NCBI GenBank assembly: GCA_001443445.1
Contig: LDXN01000003.1
Coordinates: forward strand, 14,173-78,172
Direction of reading: 5' to 3'
From: Candidatus Dadabacteria bacterium CSP1-2
GTDB lineage: Bacteria; Desulfobacterota_D; UBA1144; Nemesobacterales; CSP1-2
DNA: 64,000 bases
Each line of letters opens with the position of its first letter. Position 1 is the first letter of the stretch. Positions 1-10,495 of this stretch are shown piece by piece. Both the position numbers and the translations under genes were made by a program. The notes beneath the pieces were generated by a model. That model made no database searches. It was not told where the DNA came from and was given only the letters and a program-made list of their open reading frames with translations.

Positions 1-861
1 CTTGGTGCAGATATCAAAATCGAAGAGGGTTACATTGAAGCTGTTTCATTTAAACTAAATGGAAATGTAATACCATTTGATATTTCAACTGTAACAGGTA
101 CAGAAAATATTATGCTTGCCTCTGTACTCGCAAAGGGTGAAACTATGCTTCTTAACGCCGCATGCGAGCCAGAGGTCACAGAACTTGCATTGGTTCTAAA
201 GAAAATGGGTGCGGAAATCGAGGGTGTTGGAACAGATATAATTACAATACGAGGCGTGTCCAAGCTTTCACCCGTTAATGGACACGAGGTTATGCCTGAT
301 AGAATCGAGGCTGGAACCTTTTTTATCGCCTCTGCCCTAACTCAAGGTGATATCCTAATAAAGAAATGCAGGTTTGAAAATTCAGGCGCCTTAATCGGTA
401 AGCTACTTGAAGTTGGAGCTGAAGTATATAAAGTAGACGGGGGTATAAAGGTTCGGGGAAGTGATAGAATTAAGAGTGTTGATATTACAACCCTTCCCTA
501 TCCTGGATTTCCAACGGATATGCAGGCGCAGATGATGACCCTTATGAGCGTTGCCGATGGCCTTAGCATTATCACTGAAACGATATTCCCTCAGAGATTC
601 ATGCATGCAGGCGAACTAAGAAGGATGGGTGCGGACATAAAACTTGTTGGAAACAGCGCCGTTGTAAGAGGAGTGCCTTACCTTAGCGGTGCACCAACTA
701 TGGCAGGGGATTTAAGGGCCAGTGCATCTTTGGTCTTAGCTGGGCTGCTAGCTCGCGGAAAAACACAAGTTTCAAGGGTTTATCACCTAGACCGTGGATA
801 CGATAGGCTTGATGAAAAACTCGAAGCCCTTGGTGCACGTATCTGGAGAGAAAAGGAATGA
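1..861 (+). CDS. murA: UDP-N-acetylglucosamine 1-carboxyvinyltransferase (5'-truncated by window)
   Basis: Frame open from base 1; motifs NAACEPE, PDRIEAGT, PYPGFPTDMQAQ, DLRASA, HLDRGY. Confidence 0.97.
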   Translation, partial: LGADIKIEEGYIEAVSFKLNGNVIPFDISTVTGTENIMLASVLAKGETMLLNAACEPEVTELALVLKKMGAEIEGVGTDIITIRGVSKLSPVNGHEVMPDRIEAGTFFIASALTQGDILIKKCRFENSGALIGKLLEVGAEVYKVDGGIKVRGSDRIKSVDITTLPYPGFPTDMQAQMMTLMSVADGLSIITETIFPQRFMHAGELRRMGADIKLVGNSAVVRGVPYLSGAPTMAGDLRASASLVLAGLLARGKTQVSRVYHLDRGYDRLDEKLEALGARIWREKE

Positions 862-1481
862 TCACACTAGCCATCTCAAGAGGGAGAATTCTAAAAGAAG
901 CAACGGTGCTTTTGAGAAAGGCTGGGTTTTCTCTAAATAGAATCTCAAATGGCTCTAGAAAGCTTATTTTTGAGTACCCAAAGGATGGACTTAGGATACT
1001 AATCATCCGTCCTACAGATGTGCCCCCTTATGTAGAATACGGGGCAGCAGATTGTGGTATTGTAGGAAAGGATACGCTTATAGAAGAAAAATACGATTTG
1101 TATGAACCCCTAGATTTAAGTATAGGAAAATGCAAACTCGTCGTTGCAGGCCCAAAAGGGTTTAATTTGTCATCTGCAAGAATCCTTAGGGTTGCAACAA
1201 AATATCCTAGAATCGCGCATGAGCACTTTGCAAAAAAGGGGGTAAGTGCCGAGATCGTAAAGCTCTACGGTTCAATTGAGCTTGCTCCCATAGTTGGGCT
1301 TTCAGATGTGATAGTGGACCTTAGTGCTACTGGAGAAACCCTGAGAAAGAATAAACTCGTAGAGATCGAAACAATAGCTAATATTACAGCAAGACTAGTT
1401 GTAAATAGAGTTAGTATGAAGGTAAAATCAAACGAGATAAAAGGTTTTATAGGAAGGCTTAAAGAGGTTCGCGAGATTTAG
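858..1481 (+). CDS. hisG: ATP phosphoribosyltransferase, short form (HisZ-dependent)
   Basis: RPTDVP.YVE.GAAD.GIVGKD, RVATKYP, LYGSIELAP, TGETLRKN; 207 aa, no C-terminal regulatory domain; ATGA overlap with murA. Confidence 0.96.
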   Translation: MITLAISRGRILKEATVLLRKAGFSLNRISNGSRKLIFEYPKDGLRILIIRPTDVPPYVEYGAADCGIVGKDTLIEEKYDLYEPLDLSIGKCKLVVAGPKGFNLSSARILRVATKYPRIAHEHFAKKGVSAEIVKLYGSIELAPIVGLSDVIVDLSATGETLRKNKLVEIETIANITARLVVNRVSMKVKSNEIKGFIGRLKEVREI

Positions 1482-1531
1482 AGGATAATTAAAGTAAGAG
1501 ATTTTAACGCTTAATGCAATCAACCTTGAGT

Positions 1532-2725
1532 TCATTCTTCTCTTTCCTTCTTTTTTACAAGTGTTACTGATTTCTTCTCCTCTTTTTCACCAAACTTTTC
1601 TATGCTCTTTAGAACACCGTCACTCCAGCTCCCTTCTTCAACCTTTTTGGCGAGCTTTCTAACATCAAGTAATGAAACCTCATTCCACTTGCCTGATTCT
1701 CTTATGACCTTCTCAAGTTGAGTCCTTCTCTCATCATTTGAGTCAGGAAAACTAAGCTTTATTTCCCTCTTAATCTTCGCCATCTTAGCGCTTCCAAAAA
1801 TCCTGTCCACCCCTTCCCTATCCGAATATTCAAACAAAGCCTCCTTTGTTTCTTCTATTTGTGTCTCAATCTCTCTCCTTTCGCTCTGAAGCCTTTCCAG
1901 TCTATCTACAAGTTGAATACCTTTTTCTTGTAAAACCTCCTTTTCGGGGAGGCTTTCAATAACGAACAGGTGTTTCCATAGAGGACATATTGATTGATAC
2001 GAACACCAGTTACATAGCGAGGATTCCCTAGGGGGAAACTCAGTAGCTGACTCTATTTCATTGATGAGTGTAATTTTATCAAATCTTAATTTTTCTAAAT
2101 CTCTCTCAGTTCTCGACGAGGAAATTTCCTTATCGAATACTAAATAGTGCCAGATGTATTTAATGGAATGTACATCCCTCCACATATCTCTTACGCCTAT
2201 CTGATATAGCGCAAGTTGCTTATCCTCATCCTTGTCTTTTTGTGTAGGAAGGTTTCCACTTGTTTTATAATCGTGAATCTCATAAGTACCGTCAGGGGCA
2301 ATAGCAAGGCGGTCTATAAAACCGCGAATCTTATGCCTTCCTTCGTTATCTAAGGCAAATGAAACCCTCTTTTCTACATGGATCGTCCTTGATTGATTGA
2401 ATGGATAATAACTCTTATAGTAATCCTCTATACATTTTTCACCAAGCGTCCTATAGTCGTCTTTAGTAAGATCCCTTTTGACAAATTTTATATTATCATC
2501 CCATTCCCTTGCCCATCTCTTGTGGTAGTATTCAAGAATCTTTTCAAGTGGGATTAACTTAGCGGAGATTACATTCTTGTAGAGCCTTTCAAGCACCTTA
2601 TGAACGCATGAGCCCATAAACTGCTCTATTGTTTTTGTCTCTGGAATCTTATCAATGTATTTTAGCCTAAACCTGTAAGGACACTGCTTATAGGTAGCTA
2701 GTCTTGTATATGAATATAACCCCAA
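1532..2725 (-). CDS. PD-(D/E)XK nuclease, RecB/AddB/Cas4-like, with probable Fe-S staple and C-terminal coiled coil
   Basis: YSYTRL..Y.QCP, GFIDRL, IHDYKTS, QLALYQ, CNWCSYQSIC. Confidence 0.88.
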   Translation of the reverse strand: MGLYSYTRLATYKQCPYRFRLKYIDKIPETKTIEQFMGSCVHKVLERLYKNVISAKLIPLEKILEYYHKRWAREWDDNIKFVKRDLTKDDYRTLGEKCIEDYYKSYYPFNQSRTIHVEKRVSFALDNEGRHKIRGFIDRLAIAPDGTYEIHDYKTSGNLPTQKDKDEDKQLALYQIGVRDMWRDVHSIKYIWHYLVFDKEISSSRTERDLEKLRFDKITLINEIESATEFPPRESSLCNWCSYQSICPLWKHLFVIESLPEKEVLQEKGIQLVDRLERLQSERREIETQIEETKEALFEYSDREGVDRIFGSAKMAKIKREIKLSFPDSNDERRTQLEKVIRESGKWNEVSLLDVRKLAKKVEEGSWSDGVLKSIEKFGEKEEKKSVTLVKKKEREE

Positions 2726-2907
2726 AACTCCATGCCTCGCTAAATCAGATTTAGATCGAGTAAGAATATAAAATAGAATTTAAATTTATGGAAGGGTAGT
2801 TCAGTAATGTTTGTTGTTTCCAAATTGTTTGGGATATACTGCCAACATGATGTACTTTAAGCCAATGTGAAATTAAACGAGATCTGAGCTTATAAGATGA
2901 GGTTAGG

Positions 2908-4590
2908 ATGGATACCGTAGAATTAGATCGAGCGGTTCAGATTTTACAAGATAATAAAGAGCGTTGGGTGAAGCTATCAGTAAGTCAGAAATGTGAACTG
3001 ATAGAGCAACTGATAAATGGCGTGCTGGCTGTAGCAGATCGTCAGATCATTAGGGCACTTGAAGCTAAAGGCATTCAACCTCATCACCCTGAAAGCGCTG
3101 AAGAATGGCTTGCAGGTCCATTTATAATCTTGCGCAACCTTCGATTGCTCCGCCAAACCCTAGAACAGATTGCGCATCATGGAGTCCCCAAGATTAACCC
3201 TGATAGAATCCACATTCGGTCCAATAGCCAAGTTGTGGTTGATGTTTTCCCGGATTCCCTCTTTGATAAGATTCTCTATCCGGGATTTCGTGCTGAGGTC
3301 TGGATGCGGCCTGAAGTACACCCTCATGAGCTTCGTCAAGCAATGGCTTCCTTCTACCGCCAATCTCAACCCCAAGGGAAGGTAACTCTTATCCTAGGTG
3401 CAGGCAACGTCTCTAGCATCGGCCCTCTCGATGTAGTCTACAAACTATTTGTGGAAGGACATGTCTGCCTCTTGAAGCTTAATCCTGTAAACGACTATCT
3501 CGGCCCATTCATCGAGGAAGCATTCGCTCATCTTATTCAAGAAGGTTATCTAAGATTAGCCTATGGTGGTGCTAATGTCGGCTCTTATCTTTGTGAGCAT
3601 CCTGGGATTGATGAGATCCATATAACTGGCAGCGCTCAAACCCATGATGCCATCGTTTTTGGTTCGGGGGATGAAGGCGCTGATCGTAAACGCAATAACA
3701 TGCCCCGCTTGAAGAAACGTATCACAAGCGAGCTTGGAAATGTTAGCCCTGTCATAATTGTTCCGGGGAAATGGAGTGAGAAAGATTTAAAGTTCCAAGC
3801 CGAAAATATAGCAACTCAATTAGCCAATAATGCTGGCTTCAATTGCAATGCTGCTAAGGTTTTAGTTACTGAAGCTAGCTGGTCTAAACGTGAAGCTTTT
3901 CTTGATACATTGCGAGAAACTCTCCGTCAAATTCATCCTCGGCGTGCCTACTACACAGGTTCCTTCAACCGTTACTCACGATTTGTCGAAGCCCATCCCG
4001 AAGCTGAAGTCTTTGGACCACAAAGCGAGGATATAATTCCCTGGACACTTATCCCCAACGTTGATCCTGAACGACAGTCTGATATCTGCTTTACGCAAGA
4101 GGCCTTTTGCGGAATTATTGCTGAAACCCCTTTACCTGCATCGGACGCCGCTGACTTCCTTCATAAGGCAGTTGAATTCTGCAATAACACACTCTGGGGA
4201 ACCCTTAATGCCTGCATCATTGTTCACCCACAAACCGAAGCTCAATTAGGAAGCTTACTAGATCAAGCTATCTCAGATCTTCGCTACGGTAGCGTAGGTA
4301 TCAACCACTGGCCCGCCCTCAGTTACGCCCTTGGCTCTACTACCTGGGGTGCATACCCGGGTCATACATTGAATGACATCCAAAGCGGCATTGGCGTTGT
4401 CCACAATACGTTTATGTTCGATAAACCTCAAAAAAGCGTTATATATGGGCCATTTCGAATCTGGCCTAAGCCCCCTTGGTTTGTTACCCACAAAACAGCG
4501 AATAAGCTTGCGCCAATTATTACCCAATTCGAGGCCTGCCCCAAATGGTCACTACTGCCCTTTATTATATGGTACGCACTCCAAGGATAA
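2908..4590 (+). CDS. Aldehyde dehydrogenase family protein
   Basis: LGAGN, LKLNP, HITGS, SELGNVSP, catalytic GFNCNA, EAFC. Confidence 0.88.
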   Translation: MDTVELDRAVQILQDNKERWVKLSVSQKCELIEQLINGVLAVADRQIIRALEAKGIQPHHPESAEEWLAGPFIILRNLRLLRQTLEQIAHHGVPKINPDRIHIRSNSQVVVDVFPDSLFDKILYPGFRAEVWMRPEVHPHELRQAMASFYRQSQPQGKVTLILGAGNVSSIGPLDVVYKLFVEGHVCLLKLNPVNDYLGPFIEEAFAHLIQEGYLRLAYGGANVGSYLCEHPGIDEIHITGSAQTHDAIVFGSGDEGADRKRNNMPRLKKRITSELGNVSPVIIVPGKWSEKDLKFQAENIATQLANNAGFNCNAAKVLVTEASWSKREAFLDTLRETLRQIHPRRAYYTGSFNRYSRFVEAHPEAEVFGPQSEDIIPWTLIPNVDPERQSDICFTQEAFCGIIAETPLPASDAADFLHKAVEFCNNTLWGTLNACIIVHPQTEAQLGSLLDQAISDLRYGSVGINHWPALSYALGSTTWGAYPGHTLNDIQSGIGVVHNTFMFDKPQKSVIYGPFRIWPKPPWFVTHKTANKLAPIITQFEACPKWSLLPFIIWYALQG

Positions 4591-4599
4591 ATAACCCCT

Positions 4600-5355
4600 A
4601 TGGAACTCTCAATACCTATTGTAATTACTATATGTGTGCTCTTTTTCGTAGTTGCATCGCTCTATTCATCTGTGGGGCACGGGGGCGCATCGGGTTATTT
4701 AGCTGTCTTATCTTTTTTCTCCTTCGCTCCGATGCAAATGTCTAGTGCAGCCCTCATCTTAAACCTTCTTGTTGCAGGAATTGGGTTTTTCTCCTTCTAT
4801 AGAGCAGGACATTTCAATGACCGAATTACTTGGCCTTTCCTCATAACATCAGTGCCTGCAGCGTTCATAGGTGGTATGATACTAGTTACAGAACGAATTT
4901 ACTCATTACTTCTAGCCCTGGTTCTTATTTTTGCTGCATTTCGCCTAATCTCGGAAATCCGATCTAAACCAGAAGATTCTGTTTCTAAATTTCCAAGTCT
5001 CCTTGTTGCACTTCCTGTCGGCGCAGGAATTGGATTGATCTCAGGAATCGTTGGTGTAGGCGGTGGTATTTTTTTAAGCCCGCTCATTTTGTTTATGAAG
5101 TGGGCATACCCCAAACAAACATCAGCCACATCTGCCTGCTTTATTCTGGTCAACTCTCTAGCTGGCCTTTTAGGCCGTTTTACAGGTGGCAGTTTGGAAA
5201 TAGGTATGTTGGCTCCGTTTGTGTTCACAGCCTTTTTAGGTGGGTTGGTAGGTTCGTATATGGGTGCAAATCTACTTTCAGGCTCTATACTTAGACGGAT
5301 TCTGGGAGTTATTCTTCTGATTGCGTCTTATAAATTACTGAAGCTTTCGTTATAA
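4600..5355 (+). CDS. TauE/SafE (TSUP) sulfite exporter family permease
   Basis: SSVGHGGASGY and GIVGVGGGIFLSP repeats; multiple TM helices. Confidence 0.9.
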   Translation: MELSIPIVITICVLFFVVASLYSSVGHGGASGYLAVLSFFSFAPMQMSSAALILNLLVAGIGFFSFYRAGHFNDRITWPFLITSVPAAFIGGMILVTERIYSLLLALVLIFAAFRLISEIRSKPEDSVSKFPSLLVALPVGAGIGLISGIVGVGGGIFLSPLILFMKWAYPKQTSATSACFILVNSLAGLLGRFTGGSLEIGMLAPFVFTAFLGGLVGSYMGANLLSGSILRRILGVILLIASYKLLKLSL

Positions 5356-5647
5356 GTTTAGTGAGGAAAACATAACCAAACTTTTCACATGGTTGCAAAT
5401 TAAAAGAGAAAGGTGGTTAAATTCTGGGAAAGCAAATGAAATCTGGCTTTACAGATTTGCTAAACCAATTATTCCTAATTTCTTAAACTCCCTACCATAA
5501 AAATGTTATCCTATTTTTAGAAGTTCATAGTGATTAATTAACCTAATCTTCACACTCTACAGATGCGATGATGTTCACACTTGTATTTATTAAACATGGT
5601 ATTATTTCTAAAACGAAAAGTTAGATACTCAAGAGGAGGTACGTAAT

Positions 5648-7030
5648 TTGGCTCAAAAACCTTGGGGAGGAAGATTTAAAAAGGGAACGCACAAGTTGGT
5701 TGAAAAATTTACAGCTTCTATTGACTTTGATAAGAGGCTATACAAAGAAGATATCGAGGGAAGCATCGCACATGTAAAGATGCTTGGCAAGCAAGGAATT
5801 ATATCAAAACAGGAATCACAAAAGATAGTAAAAGCGCTAGAGGGAATTAGGGGAGAGATCGAAAAGGGAAAGTTCCCCTTTAAAGAAGAGCTTGAGGATA
5901 TTCACCTTAATATCGAAAAACGCCTTATAGATAAAATCGGCGACATAGGTGGCAAGCTCCATACAGCAAGAAGCAGAAACGACCAAATTGCACTCGATGA
6001 ACGTTTGTATTTAAGGCGTGAAATTAGTGAGATTCTTTCTATGATAAAAGAGCTTGCAGAAGATCTTCTAAATTTAGGTGAGAAGAACATAGAGGTGATT
6101 ATGCCCGCATATACACATCTTCAAAGAGCCCAACCATTACTTCTCTCACACTATCTACTAGCCCACTTTGAAATGTTAAAACGCGATAGAGAGCGTTATG
6201 TTGATTGCCTAAAAAGGGTAAACATTATGCCACTAGGTGCTGGTGCAGTCGCTGGCACTTCTTTTCCGATAGACAGAGAGTATGTAGCAGAGCTTTTAAA
6301 CTTTCCTCAAGTCTCAAGAAATAGTGTTGATAGCATAAGCGATAGGGACTTCGTCTTAGAATTCATTTCAATTTCAGCAATTCTTGCCATGCATTTAAGC
6401 AGGCTTTCGGAGGAATTTATCTTATGGTCTAGCAAAGAGTTCGATTTCATTGACTTGGGAGATGAATTTACAACAGGCTCGAGCATTATGCCTCAAAAGA
6501 GAAACCCAGATGTTCCTGAGCTTATACGTGGAAAAACGGGAAGGGTATATGGAAATCTGATGGCTCTCCTTACCATTATGAAAGGGCTACCACTCTCATA
6601 TAATAGAGACCTTCAGGAAGATAAAGAACCCATGTTTGACACAGTCGATACCGTAAAATCATCTCTTCAGGTGCTATCAGAAATGATGAAACACATAAAA
6701 TTCAAACCCGAGAATATGAGAAAAGCGCTTTCCAAGGGCTTCGCCACTGCAACTGACCTAGCTGATTATTTAGCACGAAAGGGAATGCCATTCAGACAGG
6801 CACACGAAGTTACGGGAAAAGTTGTTAGATACGCAGAGGGAAAGGGAAGAGAACTAACACAGTTAAGTATTTCGGAACTAAAAATTTTCTCAAACTTATT
6901 TGAGGAAGATGTATTTGATCATATAACCCTAGAAGGCTCAATCTCGAGCAAAAAATCCTACGGTGGAACAGCAAAAGAGAATGTTTTAAGAATGATCCAA
7001 GAATGCAAAAGGGAAATAGCAAAGTGGTAA
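5648..7030 (+). CDS. argH: Argininosuccinate lyase
   Basis: [36 protein letters not shown]; SD GAGGAGG before TTG start. Confidence 0.98.
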   Translation: MAQKPWGGRFKKGTHKLVEKFTASIDFDKRLYKEDIEGSIAHVKMLGKQGIISKQESQKIVKALEGIRGEIEKGKFPFKEELEDIHLNIEKRLIDKIGDIGGKLHTARSRNDQIALDERLYLRREISEILSMIKELAEDLLNLGEKNIEVIMPAYTHLQRAQPLLLSHYLLAHFEMLKRDRERYVDCLKRVNIMPLGAGAVAGTSFPIDREYVAELLNFPQVSRNSVDSISDRDFVLEFISISAILAMHLSRLSEEFILWSSKEFDFIDLGDEFTTGSSIMPQKRNPDVPELIRGKTGRVYGNLMALLTIMKGLPLSYNRDLQEDKEPMFDTVDTVKSSLQVLSEMMKHIKFKPENMRKALSKGFATATDLADYLARKGMPFRQAHEVTGKVVRYAEGKGRELTQLSISELKIFSNLFEEDVFDHITLEGSISSKKSYGGTAKENVLRMIQECKREIAKW

Positions 7031-7136
7031 CCTACGTCGAATCCCGATTTCGGATAGCAGAGTGCAAAAGATGAATAAAGATGTGTTTAAGCGGAAAAAA
7101 ACTATAAGCTACCAATCCGAATTCCGAAATCAGTGG

Positions 7137-8750
7137 TCATCCGTAGAGTTCCTCTACGTATTTTTTTGCTTTTCCAGATTCAGGCAAGGATGCAATCTCT
7201 TTGTAAAATTTGTCGTCGTATTCCCTTGTCTTTACCACTACAGGCATAGGCACTGCATGACCGATGATTAGAGCCTGCTGTTTCGTATCAAGGCTTGCAA
7301 GAATGGCTCTAAGCCCCGATGTGTTACTAACTCCTGTAAGCACTGACTGTATATCCTTCTCATCGTTAAGAAGTGCAGTTATCCTAGTACCGATTTGTGA
7401 AATCACCTCATCATCTATTCCAGATGGTCTCTGATCAACAATCATCATTGTAACAGAGTATTTTCTAAGCTCTCTTGCAATCGTTCCAAAAATTGTCTGA
7501 CGCGCCGCCTGGGGATTTAAAAACTTATGCGCCTCTTCAATAGTAATCATAAGCTGGCGGGGTCTGTCAGCGGGATTTCTTGTTGCAAAATAGCCCTCAG
7601 TTTTCTCAATATAATAGTCGTGAATCCTTCGAGATATGATATTTGCTACAAGAAGATAGGAAAGAGCGTTGTTTCTTTTTCCGAATTCAAGCACTATATT
7701 TATACCTCGTCCAAGATATTCTATTATTTTTTTGATAGTTCCCTCACCACGGCTGTTATCATCTACTATAAACGGAAGATTTTTAAGCCTTACGAGCTTT
7801 CTATAAAGCGCTGAGAGAGACGATTGATGTGCCCCTAACTCTTTCGCTTTGTCTGTCAAATCTTCCTGCTTCCACGAAAGAAGTTCACTTAGCCATCCCT
7901 CCTCATATTTCCTATAAAGAGCATAAGCAGATTCAATTGCGGTCGTATGCAGTTGAAGTTCATCTTGAAGAAGAGCAATGTCTTCTATTTCTATCTGGTC
8001 AAGGGATATGTAGACTTCGACATCGGGTTTCGCCCCACGACGCTTTGTGGACTGCGGATCAAGGGAAAATATGGAAACCTTTTCGGGAAATAGTTCTTTG
8101 AGTCCCTTCACAAAAAAGCCTGCTTCTTCTTTTTGTGAGTCCCAGCCATATTCGTTGTGCATGTCAAAAATAAGGTTTACAGCCTTTCCATACTTAATAA
8201 TTCCTGCAAGCATAAGCCTTGTAAGAAAGGTTTTACCAGTACCGCTTTTCCCAAAGATTCCATTGCTTCTCTCAACAAATCTATCAAGGTTCATGCATAC
8301 CGGGATATCCATATCAAGCGGAGAGCCGATATTATAAAACCTTCCGCCCTTATCTTCGGTTCCAAATACCAAGCTAACGTCCCCCTCCGCGGCTTCTGAG
8401 ACAAGTGCGAAATGGGGTGGAATTGTCTTTACCGGTTTTGGTTCGTTGTCGTCATGCTTTATCATCAGCATCGGTCTTAGTTCTACAGTTGAATAAGTAC
8501 TCGTCCCAGAAAGAACCTGTCTCAATGTCTCATCTTCTCTCGATGGTGGATTTATAAGCACATTGGTTGACGAAGCATCTAGCTTAACATCAGTAATAAG
8601 AGAGAAGAACTTATGATAAAGCCCAAAAACAACTACGAATTTACCAGCCTTAACTTCCTCAATGCTTCTATCAGGGCTTAGTTTCATCTGAAGCCCCTCA
8701 GTTAAGGATCCGCCAGTTATAAGACCAAGTTCTCTGTTTTCTTCAGTCAT
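7137..8750 (-). CDS. HerA/FtsK-like ATPase (DUF87) with N-terminal HAS-barrel; start re-called at 8750 (ORF open to 8837)
   Basis: Walker A GKSGTGKT, IFDMHNEYG, Walker B IEEAH, ARELRKY, DQRPS. Confidence 0.85.
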   Translation of the reverse strand: MTEENRELGLITGGSLTEGLQMKLSPDRSIEEVKAGKFVVVFGLYHKFFSLITDVKLDASSTNVLINPPSREDETLRQVLSGTSTYSTVELRPMLMIKHDDNEPKPVKTIPPHFALVSEAAEGDVSLVFGTEDKGGRFYNIGSPLDMDIPVCMNLDRFVERSNGIFGKSGTGKTFLTRLMLAGIIKYGKAVNLIFDMHNEYGWDSQKEEAGFFVKGLKELFPEKVSIFSLDPQSTKRRGAKPDVEVYISLDQIEIEDIALLQDELQLHTTAIESAYALYRKYEEGWLSELLSWKQEDLTDKAKELGAHQSSLSALYRKLVRLKNLPFIVDDNSRGEGTIKKIIEYLGRGINIVLEFGKRNNALSYLLVANIISRRIHDYYIEKTEGYFATRNPADRPRQLMITIEEAHKFLNPQAARQTIFGTIARELRKYSVTMMIVDQRPSGIDDEVISQIGTRITALLNDEKDIQSVLTGVSNTSGLRAILASLDTKQQALIIGHAVPMPVVVKTREYDDKFYKEIASLPESGKAKKYVEELYG

Positions 8751-8970
8751 TTTTTCTATATTGAGAATAGCAAAGTAAGACCTAACTTGCAAGGAGTAAC
8801 TAATACTTAAATCTGAGTCAAAAGCATCTTTATCCACATCTAAAGTAATGGGAATTAAAAATTTTATGAGTCTTTAACCCTATTCTTCATTTAAGATGAA
8901 GAACCAACTAGCATTGGCGTTTTATTGATTTCAATCGCTAATGTGCTAAATTACCATGCAGAAAATTAGT

Positions 8971-9045
8971 GGCCCCTTCGTCTAGAGGTCAGGACGTTGC
9001 CCTCTCAAGGCAGAAACACGGGTTCGAGTCCCGTAGGGGCCGCCA
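8971..9045 (+). tRNA. tRNA-Glu (anticodon CTC)
   Basis: Acceptor stem GGCCCCT/AGGGGCC, anticodon arm TTGCC-CTCTCAA-GGCAG, T-loop GGTTCGAGTCC, encoded CCA. Confidence 0.96.
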
Positions 9046-9114
9046 TATAAATCTCCTTTAATTAAAGCGCCCTATGTATCGTTGAATGATACTTAAAACA
9101 AATCGACTACTGAT

Positions 9115-9134
9115 GAGGTGTCCAAGGAGGTGTC
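9115..9134. repeat. GAGGTGTC direct repeat (12-bp period), possible integrase arm-type site
   Basis: GAGGTGTCcaagGAGGTGTC 70 bp downstream of the tRNA 3' end. Confidence 0.4.
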
Positions 9135-9268
9135 TATCATTTAAGTTTCACCTCCAAAATTCCAACCATATAATTTTTATGTAGTTTTTAACGTCAAGGT
9201 TCTGCAACATCAAAAATCTTGGATATTTTGAAACTGTTCTAAAGATATCTATGTTTCCTGAATGCCTT

Positions 9269-9440
9269 TGTCACCACCTCAGACATATATTCGCTTCTCG
9301 AATTTTCATAAATGGTACGGTGTTGATTTGGTAACTGTTCAAGAACTACTTGGACGCAGATCTATAATTATGACAAAACCCTATTCAAACCCGACACCGG
9401 AGCCTAAGAGAAAGGCTGTGGAATCACTTGTTTTAAACAA
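9269..9440 (+). pseudogene. Tyrosine integrase C-terminal remnant 1
   Basis: HHLRHIFASR in one frame, then frameshift to GVDLVTVQELLGRRSIIMTKPYSNPTPEPKRKAVE (catalytic H replaced by R). Confidence 0.85.
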
Positions 9441-9570
9441 CAAAGTGGGGAATAAGACAAAGATTATTAATATTAAAAAAAGGAATGCCTATGCACCTTT
9501 TCTCAATCCTAGCAGGATCGTAAATACTAAGATTCTAAGTATGCAAGAGTTGCCGTTGTGGTATGTAATG

Positions 9571-9972
9571 TTAGGGGTTCACGCGTAAGTTTGCTTTGTC
9601 TTCTAATTTAAGGGCAAGTAATTTATTAATAGATTTTTGATTCGACCAGCCAGTGATGGTTCCGTGTCTATATGGAGGTTCTTTAGGATAAAAAAATAAC
9701 TTGTCTCTATTAACGCTAATATTTATAACATCATTTGAGTTAATATCCGCCCTTCCTTTTATTGTATTTTGCTGATACGGAGTAACATCACAATCTGCTA
9801 TATTCCATATTTCGCTTTCAGATAATCCTAACACTCTGAAAACAGATGTTTGATTGTCTTTAGGATTAGGCATGAATGCCGCCCACTTAACGGTTTGGTT
9901 TGATTTTCTTATATAATTGCTATTATATAGATATCTAGTAAGGACTTCAGGGTTAGATTGTATTAATGGCAT
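9571..9972 (-). CDS. Hypothetical protein, third gene of TIGR04255 operon; possible ART/RES-like toxin
   Basis: 133 aa intact ORF; pattern LTRYL...AAFMP...TSVFR...H.TI.GW. Confidence 0.7.
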   Translation of the reverse strand: MPLIQSNPEVLTRYLYNSNYIRKSNQTVKWAAFMPNPKDNQTSVFRVLGLSESEIWNIADCDVTPYQQNTIKGRADINSNDVINISVNRDKLFFYPKEPPYRHGTITGWSNQKSINKLLALKLEDKANLRVNP

Positions 9973-9982
9973 TTAAGTTCTA

Positions 9983-10495
9983 CTATTTAGAATACAATCT
10001 TTTGAGATAATTAATTATAGGGTCTGGTATGAAGTCTCCTAATAATTCAGTCCCATGGGTATTGTTAGCTCCAAAAATTCCAGCATAAGTTAGAGTTTGG
10101 TTATCATCGATGCTAAAGACAAATGTTCGGCCATAATCATCACTCCACTCAAATGCTATGTCACCATCAGGCTCAGGTGTGATTTCTGGCATAGGGAAAT
10201 TCAAGAAAGTAGCATTTAACATATTAATAATATTTTTTGCATCTAAAAAGGTGTTTACAGATATGGGATTAGCACCGTATCCATCCCAGTTGTACCGTGA
10301 GCAACTAATAAAAATTTCTTCTAACTCATCTATTATTTGTTGTAACTGTGAATAACGACCAATTGACTCTGTTTTTTTCAATTGATTTAAAATGTCTTCA
10401 TATTTATTTTCTAGAACTATTGATTCTGAAGCAAAACCTTTTCCTGATTGTTTGGGAAACCCAATTAAATAGCTACTCATAGTAGCCGTGCTCAT
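9983..10495 (-). CDS. Hypothetical protein (NWDGYGA motif), second gene of operon
   Basis: 170 aa; NWDGYGANPIS and PEPDGDIAFEW; ATGA overlap with upstream gene. Confidence 0.75.
   Translation of the reverse strand: MSTATMSSYLIGFPKQSGKGFASESIVLENKYEDILNQLKKTESIGRYSQLQQIIDELEEIFISCSRYNWDGYGANPISVNTFLDAKNIINMLNATFLNFPMPEITPEPDGDIAFEWSDDYGRTFVFSIDDNQTLTYAGIFGANNTHGTELLGDFIPDPIINYLKRLYSK

Noticed and set aside
1532-2725. CRISPR-Cas locus suggested by the Cas4-like nuclease
   Set aside because: No repeat-spacer array and no other cas gene in the window
7137-8837. HerA as part of a defence system or NurA-HerA operon
   Set aside because: No NurA, SIR2 or nuclease partner is adjacent, and it lies on the chromosomal side of the tRNA; it looks like a housekeeping HAS-barrel ATPase
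9262-9588. 108-aa ORF as a functional gene
   Set aside because: Only its middle matches an integrase C-terminus; it is frameshifted and lacks the catalytic His
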